DNA of 64,000 nucleotides from a virus. Under the pieces are notes generated by a model. The model was not told the origin of the DNA. It saw only the letters and a list, made by a program, of their open reading frames with translations, and ran no database searches. The stretch lies in the IMG/VR virus record IMGVR_UViG_3300005253_000011, positions 1 through 64,000 of that record. One strand, written 5' to 3'. Shown here piece after piece: positions 21,156-31,225 of the stretch; the stretch's first letter is position 1, and every line of letters begins with the position of its first letter. The translations under genes and the position numbers were made by a program.

Positions 21156-21698
21156 TTATAAATTATAATTAATAAGGTTATTTATCCACTGCGTAAAATC
21201 TTCAATAGACATCGTTCCTTTTGCTGTATTGCAATATTTACAGCAGGAAACGGTATTCGTTATCGTATATCCTTTGTCATTATCTACTCTGTCTATCCCG
21301 CTATAAGTGTATGCGCCATTATAATCTCTAACAGATAATGTATTGGATGGAGGAACACCACAATAATGACAATTTCCTTTATGGAGTGTCATAATCTGCT
21401 CGTCAGTTAAAGAATGTTCAATATTCCTTTTTTTAGCATTGGTTTTATGGACGCTTAATATTTTATTGCGGATAGCTACCCCTTTAGGGAGTTTCCCATT
21501 TTCGGCGACTTCTTTAGCTAAACACCCACAACTTTTAATTCTTCCGTCTGTTACATGGGTTCCCCTTATAATTTTCTCATTACCACAATCACATTTGCAT
21601 AACCAGCATGTACTTCCCCATTTATCAGTATGAGAAAACTCAATTACAGTAAACCGGTTAAACTTCTGCCCTATTATGTTAATTCGTTTTTTACTCAT
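21156..21698 (-). CDS. Cys-rich HNH-type homing endonuclease
   Basis: Same motifs as 19807..20361 and 54474..55013. Confidence 0.8.
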   Translation of the reverse strand: MSKKRINIIGQKFNRFTVIEFSHTDKWGSTCWLCKCDCGNEKIIRGTHVTDGRIKSCGCLAKEVAENGKLPKGVAIRNKILSVHKTNAKKRNIEHSLTDEQIMTLHKGNCHYCGVPPSNTLSVRDYNGAYTYSGIDRVDNDKGYTITNTVSCCKYCNTAKGTMSIEDFTQWINNLINYNL

Positions 21699-22375
21699 TA
21701 TTTCAAATCTTTGTTAGTGACAACATTCAATGCCGTTTCCTTGATCTGTTCATTATATTCTTTCGGTAGCTTAGAGACAAATAATCCCATACTGAGGAGC
21801 TCATTCTTTAGTGTTGGTATCAATACCTGGGGGATATCCAACTCCACATCCAAATCCAAAGTGGGATCGTATGCCTGCAGAGTGGTATACAGACCGGCCT
21901 CTACTTTAAGTAAATTTATCTGCTCGCATCCCAGGAAGTAGATCCTCTCGCCAGAGGTATAAAAATAGGGGTTGCTGGCGGACGGTTTTTCGTCTTCGCT
22001 CATATATAACCTACGCGATTGCAGTGGCGTTGTACGAGTGAATGGGGTACTGGTAAATGCAGGCGCATTCAGATCCAGTTGCGCATCATAACTGAGATAT
22101 GCAATTCCTTTATCGTCCTCCATATCATAGATGGACGCGGGTATTACACAATAGTTTCTGCCCGTGATGGGATCAACAAGGGCATCTATGCTGGGATATG
22201 TGACCATGAACCGGCCTGTGGAAGTCTGCCCTATGTGCATTCTCCTTAACCTGTCTGCATGCATAATAACCCAATAAGCCACTTGGCCACGGGTTATTTT
22301 TGCTTCTGGATGATTCTCGCGAACTGTCCGGAGAACATCGAAGACTACTTGTCGTATGGTTGCGTTGCTGGCCAT
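21698..22375 (-). CDS. head-tail ring/adaptor protein (putative)
   Basis: 225 aa; position in the crAss-like post-MCP cluster. Confidence 0.5.
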   Translation of the reverse strand: MASNATIRQVVFDVLRTVRENHPEAKITRGQVAYWVIMHADRLRRMHIGQTSTGRFMVTYPSIDALVDPITGRNYCVIPASIYDMEDDKGIAYLSYDAQLDLNAPAFTSTPFTRTTPLQSRRLYMSEDEKPSASNPYFYTSGERIYFLGCEQINLLKVEAGLYTTLQAYDPTLDLDVELDIPQVLIPTLKNELLSMGLFVSKLPKEYNEQIKETALNVVTNKDLK

Positions 22376-22377
22376 GG

Positions 22378-23076
22378 TTATCTAAATAATCCTATTAATT
22401 CTTGAACATCCTTATCAGTTAATTGCATATTCTGGAGCGACTGTTTACCGGCCTGGATCATCATGTACTGATAGGCTTTCATTAATACTGGTTGATATAA
22501 CACATACGGAAATTCGAATGAAGTACCTGTAGCGACTACCTTTGTAGGCTGCTTCAAATAAACTACTGCACAATCCTCAGTAACTCCCGGACGAAGAATA
22601 AAATGTCGTACTGGTGTTCCACTAGGATCAACAATATTCATACTAGTATATGAGTATTGTGCCAAATCGGCAGGCTGAGTAGACCCGGCTTCAAACGGAT
22701 CTTCTTCCGGGTTACCGGCCATATTGAATGGAAGATAAGTGGCAAAACTTTTAGCCGGGCCAATATAATCCGCCGTCTCAAAAATAGGAGCTGGATCTAT
22801 CCCTACTAAACGCCACATAGTTGTAACTGTAACAACCAGCTTAGATGCATCCAAACCAGTTATTGCAGTAGGGGTGATCTTCTCACCAAATAAAAGTTCT
22901 CCAAACACTGTTGGAGACAATGTACCGCGCTCGAATGCATTATCAAACGCGAGCATTATATATCTTACAGCCGAATTAATGGCTGGCATGTAGTCATTAG
23001 TAAAATCATAGCGATCTGAGTTCTCGTCATCGACAAGAAACTGGAGATCCGCTACTAAAGCTGAGGCAAGGATCAT
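22378..23076 (-). CDS. head-tail ring/adaptor protein (putative)
   Basis: 232 aa; YLKQP...FEFP..L C-terminal motif typical of ring proteins. Confidence 0.5.
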   Translation of the reverse strand: MILASALVADLQFLVDDENSDRYDFTNDYMPAINSAVRYIMLAFDNAFERGTLSPTVFGELLFGEKITPTAITGLDASKLVVTVTTMWRLVGIDPAPIFETADYIGPAKSFATYLPFNMAGNPEEDPFEAGSTQPADLAQYSYTSMNIVDPSGTPVRHFILRPGVTEDCAVVYLKQPTKVVATGTSFEFPYVLYQPVLMKAYQYMMIQAGKQSLQNMQLTDKDVQELIGLFR

Positions 23077-23078
23077 AT

Positions 23079-23912
23079 CTATTCAGTTGCTGGGTGGCCC
23101 ACCAGTCTCCTTCTTTCAAGGTCGCTCTGAAGCTCTTTTGCTTCACCGATATATTCTTCAGCGTACACACCTGTTAAGGATCTGCGTAAATCTTTAATAC
23201 TCATTTTATCGACGTGTGCAACGCCTTTCTGATAACAAGTATTAATTACGCTCTCATCCTTCATGGCAATTACTTGGTTCGCGGCCTTAACCCGGAACTC
23301 ATTATATACACCACTCGCACCCATCGTTGCATTCAAACTCTCAAAGAATTCAACCGCATACATGGGATGGTTCCTTAAAAATTCAATCTCCGCTTTCAAG
23401 TGCGTGGTAAAGGTACAGCTGTTAACAATCGCTTCTTCGTGACCTTCCTTACGCCTATCACTAGACGCATAATGGAGAGTGATCAATTTGTATGGAGGCA
23501 TTACTTCCATACCCTTATGATCAAGGTACGAGCCGATTACATAAAAAACTTTCCTACATGAAAATAGCACACCCTCATCCTGAAAGTCATCTGCTGGTAC
23601 TGGCTTGTATATCGGTTTGCCAGTCATCTGCATGCTCTGAGACAATGCTACCTGGTCCGAAAGTAACTTAACCTGCACCTGGAGCGTACTAATCATCTCC
23701 GCATTGGGGTCTGCTACTGGTTGTACTGGGGCAACTAGTACCTTCTCAGGTACTGGCTCCGCAGCCTTATCTTTCCACTCCTGAAGCTCTTGTAAAAGAT
23801 CTTCATTCTTCTTCTGCAATTCAATAGCCTCTTTACGGGCCTTGATTGCCGCAGGGCTAAGCTTCGCTTGCGCTGCTGGTTGTGTGGCTTGCGCCTGTTC
23901 TGTAATTGCCAT
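23079..23912 (-). CDS. conserved capsid-module protein following MCP
   Basis: 277-aa ORF with an AT-rich leader; position only. Confidence 0.55.
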   Translation of the reverse strand: MAITEQAQATQPAAQAKLSPAAIKARKEAIELQKKNEDLLQELQEWKDKAAEPVPEKVLVAPVQPVADPNAEMISTLQVQVKLLSDQVALSQSMQMTGKPIYKPVPADDFQDEGVLFSCRKVFYVIGSYLDHKGMEVMPPYKLITLHYASSDRRKEGHEEAIVNSCTFTTHLKAEIEFLRNHPMYAVEFFESLNATMGASGVYNEFRVKAANQVIAMKDESVINTCYQKGVAHVDKMSIKDLRRSLTGVYAEEYIGEAKELQSDLERRRLVGHPATE

Positions 23913-23920
23913 CTTAAATA

Positions 23921-24331
23921 TTATTTTATCACGTTATTAATAAGAATTTCTGGGATTAATTCTTTTGGTATAAGTTTACTGTGTGACAATGAGCCGTCAA
24001 AAAAATCGCCCGGTAACTCAATAAATTTGTTTAATTTATCTAACTATGCTAAATACACATCCACCTCACTTTTAGTTGTTAAAGCCCCGCCTTTGGATAT
24101 TGACCAACTATTTTTTATGGTCTTTGCTTTTAAGCCTGCAACTTTCACATTAACACGAATGAACTCACCATCTTTCTCCGCTACAAAATCATATCCGTGG
24201 TCTGTGACTAAGGATATCAAAATGCGATAACCCTTGTTAGAATAATAAGAATATCCAGTTAATTCAACTGTTTGCCAATTTGTCTCAGCTACCACATCAG
24301 CCCTGCTAGCAGTGCCTAATCTCTCTTTCAT
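23921..24331 (-). pseudogene. PD-(D/E)XK homing endonuclease (PDDEXK_5-like) interrupted by in-frame TAG at 24044-24046
   Basis: VEL......KGY.I.....D.GYDFVAEKDGEFIRVNVKVA motif; the frame continues past TAG as LDKLNKFIELP... to TAA at 23921. Confidence 0.6.
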
Positions 24332-24343
24332 ATAAGTAAACTT

Positions 24344-24374
24344 AAAAGAGTAGAGGGCCGAAACCCTCTACTTT
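24344..24374 (-). terminator. intrinsic terminator after major capsid gene
   Basis: AGTAGAGGG-loop-CCCTCTACT stem followed by CTTTT on the minus strand. Confidence 0.75.
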
Positions 24375-24386
24375 ATTATATCAATC

Positions 24387-25733
24387 CTACTGAGGATTAT
24401 GTGCAGTGTACAAGTTGGAAACGATACCGGTTGTATCCATATAGAAAGAGGACAATGGGTTGTTGAACTTTAAGCTCAGCATTCCCTGCGCCCACCATTC
24501 TGTATAGTCCTGAATCGAACCATTCGTCCCCTTAGGAGAAGTCTGACCCAGTTCAATGGACTGATACCCCTGCATACATACAGGATGGATAGTTGATGTA
24601 TCGAGAACAAAAATACGATGTTGCCAGGTAACTGGGAAGCAAGAGACTTCCTTGAACAATTCAGTTGCTACAGGTACGAAGCTCATGTCTCCGATCTTAT
24701 AGATCTGAAGGTTCAGGTCACCAATCTTATCGTCCGGCTTATACCTTAAACCAGTTTCTTTCCAAGCTTTGGACAATTCATACAGAAGCGCGTTCTGTGC
24801 GAATACGAAGCGAACTCCGCCTTCAGCCTTGTAGTCTGTCTCAAAACACAAAGTTTCGAACGACTCCTGAAGAGTAGCTTTGGTTACACCAGAGGCGCTT
24901 GCAGATCCAGCAGCGATCATACTCGGGAAGATTCCCTGCATGGTCATTGCCTTATAAGGAGAGCTACCATCAGTACCAGGTACCGTGATATTTACTTCAC
25001 CCCTCAAACCGTTCCACAATGAAATGAACATGTCTTGAAGCAACAGATCCATCTGTTCTTTCTTGTCCAATTCGTAGTAGTTCGTATTAGAAAGATTGGC
25101 AAATTTTTGCATTTCCTTACGACTCCAACGCTTGTCGCGGTGCATCAACTGAATATAGTTGTACCGCTCAATCTTGGACATTCTATCGTAATGAGTCAAG
25201 AAATTCTGACCATCAGCGATAACGCCGGTTTGAATCGAGAAATAGTCATCTGTGGAAACTGCAGTAAGATCGGAAGCACCATTGTACTTCTGAACTGTAA
25301 CTACATCACCAGAAACGACCTTTACAATACCTTTAGTATTATCAGGATAAACAATAACCTTATTAATAGTTACGTTATTCCCTCCACCAGTTGTCATGGT
25401 GATAGCCTGGGTTGCGCCAGCAGCTACACCACCTGCAGCTTTGAGAGCCACCCTACCAAAGGTCTTCTCAAGATACGTAAACACATCGTTATCTTCATAT
25501 TGTACGGGTTTGTCCATCAGCAACCGCAAAGCGGAATACTTCTTAGGTACCGCATCAAAAATTTCACGAGCTATCGCCCTGCGAATCAGAATCGTCTCAT
25601 CGGTACTAAATTCCGATGCATATTCCGAGCCTATCGGTTGCAGATTCCACGGTGCCGGGGCGTGTACCGCCGCGGGCTGTACCGGTGAAGGTGTTGCAAC
25701 ATAGGAGTTTGCACTGTTAAATTGATCAGCCAT
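24387..25733 (-). CDS. major capsid protein
   Basis: 448 aa directly after portal and scaffold-like genes; YNYIQL, MQGI and WWAQGMLSLKFNNP HK97/SU10-like signatures; followed by a terminator. Confidence 0.8.
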   Translation of the reverse strand: MADQFNSANSYVATPSPVQPAAVHAPAPWNLQPIGSEYASEFSTDETILIRRAIAREIFDAVPKKYSALRLLMDKPVQYEDNDVFTYLEKTFGRVALKAAGGVAAGATQAITMTTGGGNNVTINKVIVYPDNTKGIVKVVSGDVVTVQKYNGASDLTAVSTDDYFSIQTGVIADGQNFLTHYDRMSKIERYNYIQLMHRDKRWSRKEMQKFANLSNTNYYELDKKEQMDLLLQDMFISLWNGLRGEVNITVPGTDGSSPYKAMTMQGIFPSMIAAGSASASGVTKATLQESFETLCFETDYKAEGGVRFVFAQNALLYELSKAWKETGLRYKPDDKIGDLNLQIYKIGDMSFVPVATELFKEVSCFPVTWQHRIFVLDTSTIHPVCMQGYQSIELGQTSPKGTNGSIQDYTEWWAQGMLSLKFNNPLSSFYMDTTGIVSNLYTAHNPQ

Positions 25734-25772
25734 TTTCTTAATTGTTATTTAAAAAGTTAAAATTAATATTAA

Positions 25773-26978
25773 TTACCCTGAGACATTCATAAAATCGGTT
25801 TCGCTCTTGACAATAGCTGCGAGTTTGTTCTCGTCTGCTCCGCCTAGACCTGTACCTGCCGCTGGTCGTACATCACTATTTTTAAGGATTTGTTCAGTGG
25901 CTTGGGATTGTCCTTTATTTTGAGCCTTCAAAACTAAATCACCAATGGTGTGTTCCTGGGCTAAAATTGCGGCCTTACCGAATTCCTGCATTGCAATACG
26001 CTCTGCTGCTTCTGACTTGTAACTAAATCCATCCGGATTAAACAATGTATTCTGTAAATCAGACGTCATTATGTCTCTTACCCGCTTTATCTCGGCCTCA
26101 CCCATATCAGGGTTGTTGGTCCTCAGCAGCTTGATAGAGTTTTCAACAGAAGTGTCAAATGATATTTGGACAGCTTCGGCCTCTCGCTGATTTTGCTGTA
26201 TGGTAGCAGCATAATTTGCTTGATCCGTCTCGTACTTAGTTTTAGCCAGATTCTTCAGGGCACTAAAATGCTCTGTGTCCATCTCCTTAAACTCGTCATG
26301 GGTAAACTTCTTCTCGCCATAATGGTTAATTATATCATGATCGATATAAGTAGCAAAAGGCTTCTCGAAATCTAACGTGCCGCGTTGAGCAATATTCTGA
26401 ATTACTTGTGAGTAATCCTGCTTTTTCACCGCTGCATCCATGATTAACGATACGTCAGTTGGCAATGATTTCAATGTACGTTCATAAGTTTGTACTTGGG
26501 TTTGGAGTCCACCAAGTTGGTCGGCTTCTGATTTAAACTTATTATGTTCTTTAATAAGTCCCTGCAGATCGTTGACATCTTTGATTTCAAGTCCATTCGC
26601 TTTCCCGAAAGCCTGAACATCTTCAAATGAGGCTAAGGTGATTTTTCCATCCTTATCCTCTGTCGCTGCTCCATATGTCTTTGTACCGAAAGCCGTCTTC
26701 ACCGTTATCGGATCTGGCGCCTTAGCTGCGGGAGCCGCTGCTCCTGCTCCGGCGGCTGCTGCAACTGCTGCTGCGTCTCCGCCCTTAGGTACTATCTTCT
26801 TAGGTTCTACTCCACCTGCTGCTACTGCGGGTGCGGCTGCTGCCGCTGCTCCTGCTGCTACTGCTGGGGCTGGTGTGCCCTTGTCTGCGGCGATTTTTGC
26901 CAGTGCTTCTGCACTCAAAACGCCTTGTGCGGCTGCGGCTGCTTGTGCGCCGTCACCTGCTACTTTTCCATCTGCCAT
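25773..26978 (-). CDS. putative scaffolding protein
   Basis: Ala/Pro-rich disordered N-terminus with coiled-coil body, between portal and MCP. Confidence 0.6.
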   Translation of the reverse strand: MADGKVAGDGAQAAAAAQGVLSAEALAKIAADKGTPAPAVAAGAAAAAAPAVAAGGVEPKKIVPKGGDAAAVAAAAGAGAAAPAAKAPDPITVKTAFGTKTYGAATEDKDGKITLASFEDVQAFGKANGLEIKDVNDLQGLIKEHNKFKSEADQLGGLQTQVQTYERTLKSLPTDVSLIMDAAVKKQDYSQVIQNIAQRGTLDFEKPFATYIDHDIINHYGEKKFTHDEFKEMDTEHFSALKNLAKTKYETDQANYAATIQQNQREAEAVQISFDTSVENSIKLLRTNNPDMGEAEIKRVRDIMTSDLQNTLFNPDGFSYKSEAAERIAMQEFGKAAILAQEHTIGDLVLKAQNKGQSQATEQILKNSDVRPAAGTGLGGADENKLAAIVKSETDFMNVSG

Positions 26979-27010
26979 CTTAATTAAATTATTATCACGT
27001 TATTTCTTAT

Positions 27011-27058
27011 TTAGATTAATTCTAAACAAAGGTAATTATAGTTATTGTACTTACCAAA
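27011..27058 (-). promoter_or_regulatory. Bacteroidota promoter for scaffold-MCP with an adjacent 7-1-7 inverted repeat
   Basis: TTTG(27058-55)-N20-TACCTTTG(27034-27); TTAGATT-A-ATTCTAA at 27011-27025 covers the predicted start site. Confidence 0.7.
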
Positions 27059-27065
27059 AAATAAA

Positions 27066-27566
27066 TTATTGTGCTATTTTTTCAAACATCAATCCCTTAG
27101 CGTGTTTACATTTACCTTTTAAAACCTTACTTATATGACTAATTCCCACCCCATAATACCAAGCAGCCTCACTTATAGATGAATGAGTAGATTTAAAATT
27201 CCCTGTTCTACAATCATAGACACATACCGCTATACCATTAGCTTTCTCCAATTGGGGTGATAGGCCTAGACCTATAGCATGATGTATATTTTCTTTATGT
27301 GTTACCCACTCCAAATTGGATTTATCATTATTTGCCTTATTTGCATCCTTATGATTCACCTCCGCCTTATTATCTGTGCTGCAAAGAAAAGCTTCAGCAA
27401 CTAATCTATGAACGTATTTAGTTACCATTTTTCCTTTATGATATAAACCAACCAAATAATAACCACGCGCATTAGGACTAGATTTCAGATATTTATTATT
27501 TCTCAAACTGAATACTCTACCAGATGAAGCCACTAAATAATTCTCAAATCCTTCTATTTTTCTCAT
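27066..27566 (-). CDS. NUMOD4-HNH homing endonuclease
   Basis: Start reassigned to MRKIEGFENY; EVNHKDANKANNDKSNLEW. Confidence 0.9.
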   Translation of the reverse strand: MRKIEGFENYLVASSGRVFSLRNNKYLKSSPNARGYYLVGLYHKGKMVTKYVHRLVAEAFLCSTDNKAEVNHKDANKANNDKSNLEWVTHKENIHHAIGLGLSPQLEKANGIAVCVYDCRTGNFKSTHSSISEAAWYYGVGISHISKVLKGKCKHAKGLMFEKIAQ

Positions 27567-27567
27567 A

Positions 27568-29781
27568 TTATTTACCTTTGTTTCCGGCACCCGGCTTAAT
27601 TGCCGCAGAGATAATTTTTGTAGCCCGATCCTTATCCTTTTGGGAATCCTCTCTGGCCTCATCTCGCAATTTCTCCCCATAAAGAACCTTACCAGTTTCT
27701 TCCTGAGCCTGGTTCTGCATCATAGTTTGATCCTCATTAGCCTGTGATTGCTTACGTTGAAGTTCAGCAAGTCTGCGATGGAATGCTCTAAGTTCTGCCA
27801 AGGCCTCTTCATCGGTAGCTCTACCCATGAGAGTGGCAGCAGTCGGTGCATCAATCAAACTATATTGTAACCAAGATATAGTCCTCTGATCTACGTAAAC
27901 CCGCTCACTGTCTGGATCAATTGTACGTACAAGAGTGGTACGGAACTGTTCATGTCTCATATCCTTAGAAATTTTTAAGATCTCCGCAGATTCTTCACCT
28001 ACTGCGTCAATAAGCTCAACATCCATATCTATATAATACCGCTTTCCGGATGTGGCTATATTCTGATAACACCCATTAAATATGGTATTAATAGCCGCAT
28101 AGAAGGGCTCCTGCATAATGGACCCCCTCTGGATGGCCAGCTGCATAACTCCAACCAACTGATCCGGATTCTGCTGTCCTTTCAAGCCTTCATTCACTCC
28201 ACTTATCTGTTCAATACCATGGCGGAAATTCTCAATTAATTCTGAAAATACCAGGGTGCTTTCTTTGATTCCAGAGTCATAACGCCCTACAGCTTGAGAT
28301 ACACCGCGAGCCCTACCACGGACACCAATCGGTTCACCCCTCTTCATCTTAATGGCAACCTCATCCTCAGAGCCCTCATCAAATAAATCTTTATCGAAGA
28401 CTACACCGGCACCACCAGCATTGTTAATCTGATTCTCCATAACCGACATAAACCGGTTAATCATCCTTTGAGGATTGATAACCACATCGATTGGGGCCAT
28501 ACATTCTCCATCCATATACGCCCATGTACCGCACTTATACGGGGGTTTCATGTTGGTTGGCATATAGAGATCCGGCTCCTGGTAAGGTATGATACCATGA
28601 TCCAGGACAATGTTTTCAGTTGCCTTGGATGAATCATACTTTGAAGCAGATATAATTTCATATGGAATAAATCGGCAAAATCTCCACAGGTCAACTTGAA
28701 GGGCCCTGATGGATCTACCGCGTAATACTTTCTTCTGGTATGGAGTTAGCTGCTCAAGTGGAATTACATCCGCTCTAGTAAATCTTGCTTCCTCTTCTCC
28801 CTCATATATATAATTAAGTCTCTCTAGTATCCTCTGACCGAATTGATCCGTAACGTATCCAAAGTGATCCACAACGGTATCTCTCCACGTGGCATTGTAT
28901 ACCGGCAATCTATTCCGAATATCGAAAGGTTGCCCATTCGCCTGTGTACCTATAATCTGAGATACATAGTTCTCAATAGCTTTCTTCTGCGGAAGTGATA
29001 GATCCTGATGACGCTCATAAATATCAGTTGCCAAGGAGTAATCAAACTCATAGAAATATTCTGAATCGGAAAGATCTTCCTCAGTGGCTCCACGATCCCA
29101 TCCAAACCTATCAACCGGAATTCTTTTAAATTGCCATTCTCCATTCAATGGAAAGGGATGAACAATACCAATACCGCCGGCTGCTATATCAACGGCCAGT
29201 TGCTTTTTAAGCCGGTCTAATCTGGATGTCTTGGCTACATATCTCAGTAACCTATTCATTGCAACGACGTAATTATCCACATAAGTATTCTCAAACCTCA
29301 TGGCAACATCATCCTCATCCTTGCCAGTCAAATATCCCTGCTTCTGCATCACAGCACCAAATTCCGGGAATATCTCAGCTGCGTATCCGTATGCCTGTAA
29401 CCTGGCCAGAGACTTATCCCTACGGCTTTTCGCCATGGGTGATATAGCCTGGACCTTTACATCGAATGTCATCCGTTCTGCATTTCCACGGTATTGCTCT
29501 ACCATAGGCTGGATGAAGTTTCTGGTTACTTTGATCCGGTTACGGTCCTGTCCGGACTCATCTTTGAAGAACGCCTCAGTATCCTCCGACAGGAGCCACT
29601 GTTTGTCCCTATAAAAGTTCATGTTGGTTTGATACTTGGCTACGTGGTCCTGCTGCTTTTTACGCATTCCTTCACCAATTACCCAACGGGCATACTCGAC
29701 GTGATAGATGTCACCCTTATCAACCTCCTGAGTTTCAATACGGTTAGGCTTACTTTGACGAGTTTGTATAAGCTGTAGCAT
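27568..29781 (-). CDS. portal protein
   Basis: 737 aa; N.IQPMVEQYRG, PQRMINR and EQISGVNE..G signatures of P22-like/crAss-like portals; lies between terminase and scaffold. Confidence 0.85.
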   Translation of the reverse strand: MLQLIQTRQSKPNRIETQEVDKGDIYHVEYARWVIGEGMRKKQQDHVAKYQTNMNFYRDKQWLLSEDTEAFFKDESGQDRNRIKVTRNFIQPMVEQYRGNAERMTFDVKVQAISPMAKSRRDKSLARLQAYGYAAEIFPEFGAVMQKQGYLTGKDEDDVAMRFENTYVDNYVVAMNRLLRYVAKTSRLDRLKKQLAVDIAAGGIGIVHPFPLNGEWQFKRIPVDRFGWDRGATEEDLSDSEYFYEFDYSLATDIYERHQDLSLPQKKAIENYVSQIIGTQANGQPFDIRNRLPVYNATWRDTVVDHFGYVTDQFGQRILERLNYIYEGEEEARFTRADVIPLEQLTPYQKKVLRGRSIRALQVDLWRFCRFIPYEIISASKYDSSKATENIVLDHGIIPYQEPDLYMPTNMKPPYKCGTWAYMDGECMAPIDVVINPQRMINRFMSVMENQINNAGGAGVVFDKDLFDEGSEDEVAIKMKRGEPIGVRGRARGVSQAVGRYDSGIKESTLVFSELIENFRHGIEQISGVNEGLKGQQNPDQLVGVMQLAIQRGSIMQEPFYAAINTIFNGCYQNIATSGKRYYIDMDVELIDAVGEESAEILKISKDMRHEQFRTTLVRTIDPDSERVYVDQRTISWLQYSLIDAPTAATLMGRATDEEALAELRAFHRRLAELQRKQSQANEDQTMMQNQAQEETGKVLYGEKLRDEAREDSQKDKDRATKIISAAIKPGAGNKGK

Positions 29782-29870
29782 AATTTTTAATTATTAATTA
29801 ATGCATGAGAAACTGGACATGCCAATTTGTCATGACAAAATGTCAGTATTTAACAAATATACATAATATT

Positions 29871-30398
29871 TTAAACACTACATAAATTATTTTTATTCTT
29901 CTGGGATTCACTCATTTTCTTTCGAACTTCTTGAGAAGCCGTTTTACCCTTATGAGCCTCACTCATTTTTCTTTTAGTATCCTCAGAATGCTGTTTACCA
30001 ATTTTAGCTGCACTCATGTTTCTCTTGGCCCCCTCAGAATGATGTTTGCCAAATTTAGCCCCACTTATTTTCTTTCTAGTAATTTCAGAAGGAGATTTTC
30101 CATATAGCGGATGATTTTCCCCACTTCCAACACCCCTCCCACCAGGACTTATATTATAACAAAGTGAATTATTCCGCTCACTCGCTAATATTTCCTGTTC
30201 AAGCCAATATGCTTCATCTTCAATATCAAAACTTCCCAATAATTTTTTAGTAAAATTTTCTTTACCATACTTGACTACAGCCCGCTTTATATGAAGCCCC
30301 GAACCGAAATAATCATCATCTACATTATCTGTAGAATGCTTGCCGATATAGAATTGCCCATTTATATTATTGATAATTTTATATACGATGTGTTGCAT
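29871..30398 (-). CDS. GIY-YIG homing endonuclease with NUMOD3 repeats
   Basis: IVYKIINNINGQFYIGKH; repeated HSE.TK.KMSEA.KGK. Confidence 0.9.
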   Translation of the reverse strand: MQHIVYKIINNINGQFYIGKHSTDNVDDDYFGSGLHIKRAVVKYGKENFTKKLLGSFDIEDEAYWLEQEILASERNNSLCYNISPGGRGVGSGENHPLYGKSPSEITRKKISGAKFGKHHSEGAKRNMSAAKIGKQHSEDTKRKMSEAHKGKTASQEVRKKMSESQKNKNNLCSV

Positions 30399-30431
30399 TT
30401 ATACATATATTATTATTATGTCGTTTGAAAA

Positions 30432-30629
30432 TTAATTCATCCAAGCTAAATTATCATGCTCTTTAATAGATTGCAATAATGATTTTAAACTAGCGCACTC
30501 GAAACGATCTTTCTTTCCAGCATACAATGTAAATTTCAGATTCTTGCATATACTGATAGATACATCATTTAATTCCCTTTCTTCTGCTGCCTCAAATATA
30601 TTAGCAACAATTGACTCTGATTTTTCCAT
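30432..30629 (-). CDS. hypothetical protein
   Basis: 65-aa ORF with AT-rich leader. Confidence 0.5.
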   Translation of the reverse strand: MEKSESIVANIFEAAEERELNDVSISICKNLKFTLYAGKKDRFECASLKSLLQSIKEHDNLAWMN

Positions 30630-30667
30630 AATTTTATTTTTTACATTTATATTATATATGTCGTTTA

Positions 30668-31225
30668 TTAATCGCCTGCATTCTGATAGTACTCTCTATC
30701 AAATCCAGTATTCTCCTCATCATCGTCCTCTCTGTGTGATACTCCAAATCCCTCTTCCATCTTTGTAATCATACCGGGAAGCTCCTGTGCAATTTTGGTA
30801 GTGGCATCTACGAATTTTTTAATGTCCTTAAGTTTATCCTTATCCACATATTGCTCCGGATCACACATAGTTTCATAATTCGTAATCAGCTTCTCAATCA
30901 TGGATCTGGCTTTCTCCCGTATCCCTGGTTCAACCTTGGACATCCGCTCTATAGCATTAGCCCACTTCTCATCGAAATTCAACTTCATCAGATCCGCATT
31001 CAGGGTCCTATCCGGTGTGAATTTGGCACGTTTAAGTGCTTCCTTAATCCTGAGTGTGTTATCCTCAATGGATGTAACAAGCTCAGACGTAGGATTAGCG
31101 TACCACCAGATGGTGATAAGCTGCACAGCTGTCAAGCCTTCAAATTCCTTAATCCTTTTCAGTTCCGGGTAGCGACTGCGATAATCTGCGGGCCTCATTT
31201 TGTACGGATCGAATATCTTTCTCAT
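30668..31225 (-). CDS. hypothetical protein of the packaging module
   Basis: 185 aa overlapping the end of terL. Confidence 0.6.
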   Translation of the reverse strand: MRKIFDPYKMRPADYRSRYPELKRIKEFEGLTAVQLITIWWYANPTSELVTSIEDNTLRIKEALKRAKFTPDRTLNADLMKLNFDEKWANAIERMSKVEPGIREKARSMIEKLITNYETMCDPEQYVDKDKLKDIKKFVDATTKIAQELPGMITKMEEGFGVSHREDDDEENTGFDREYYQNAGD

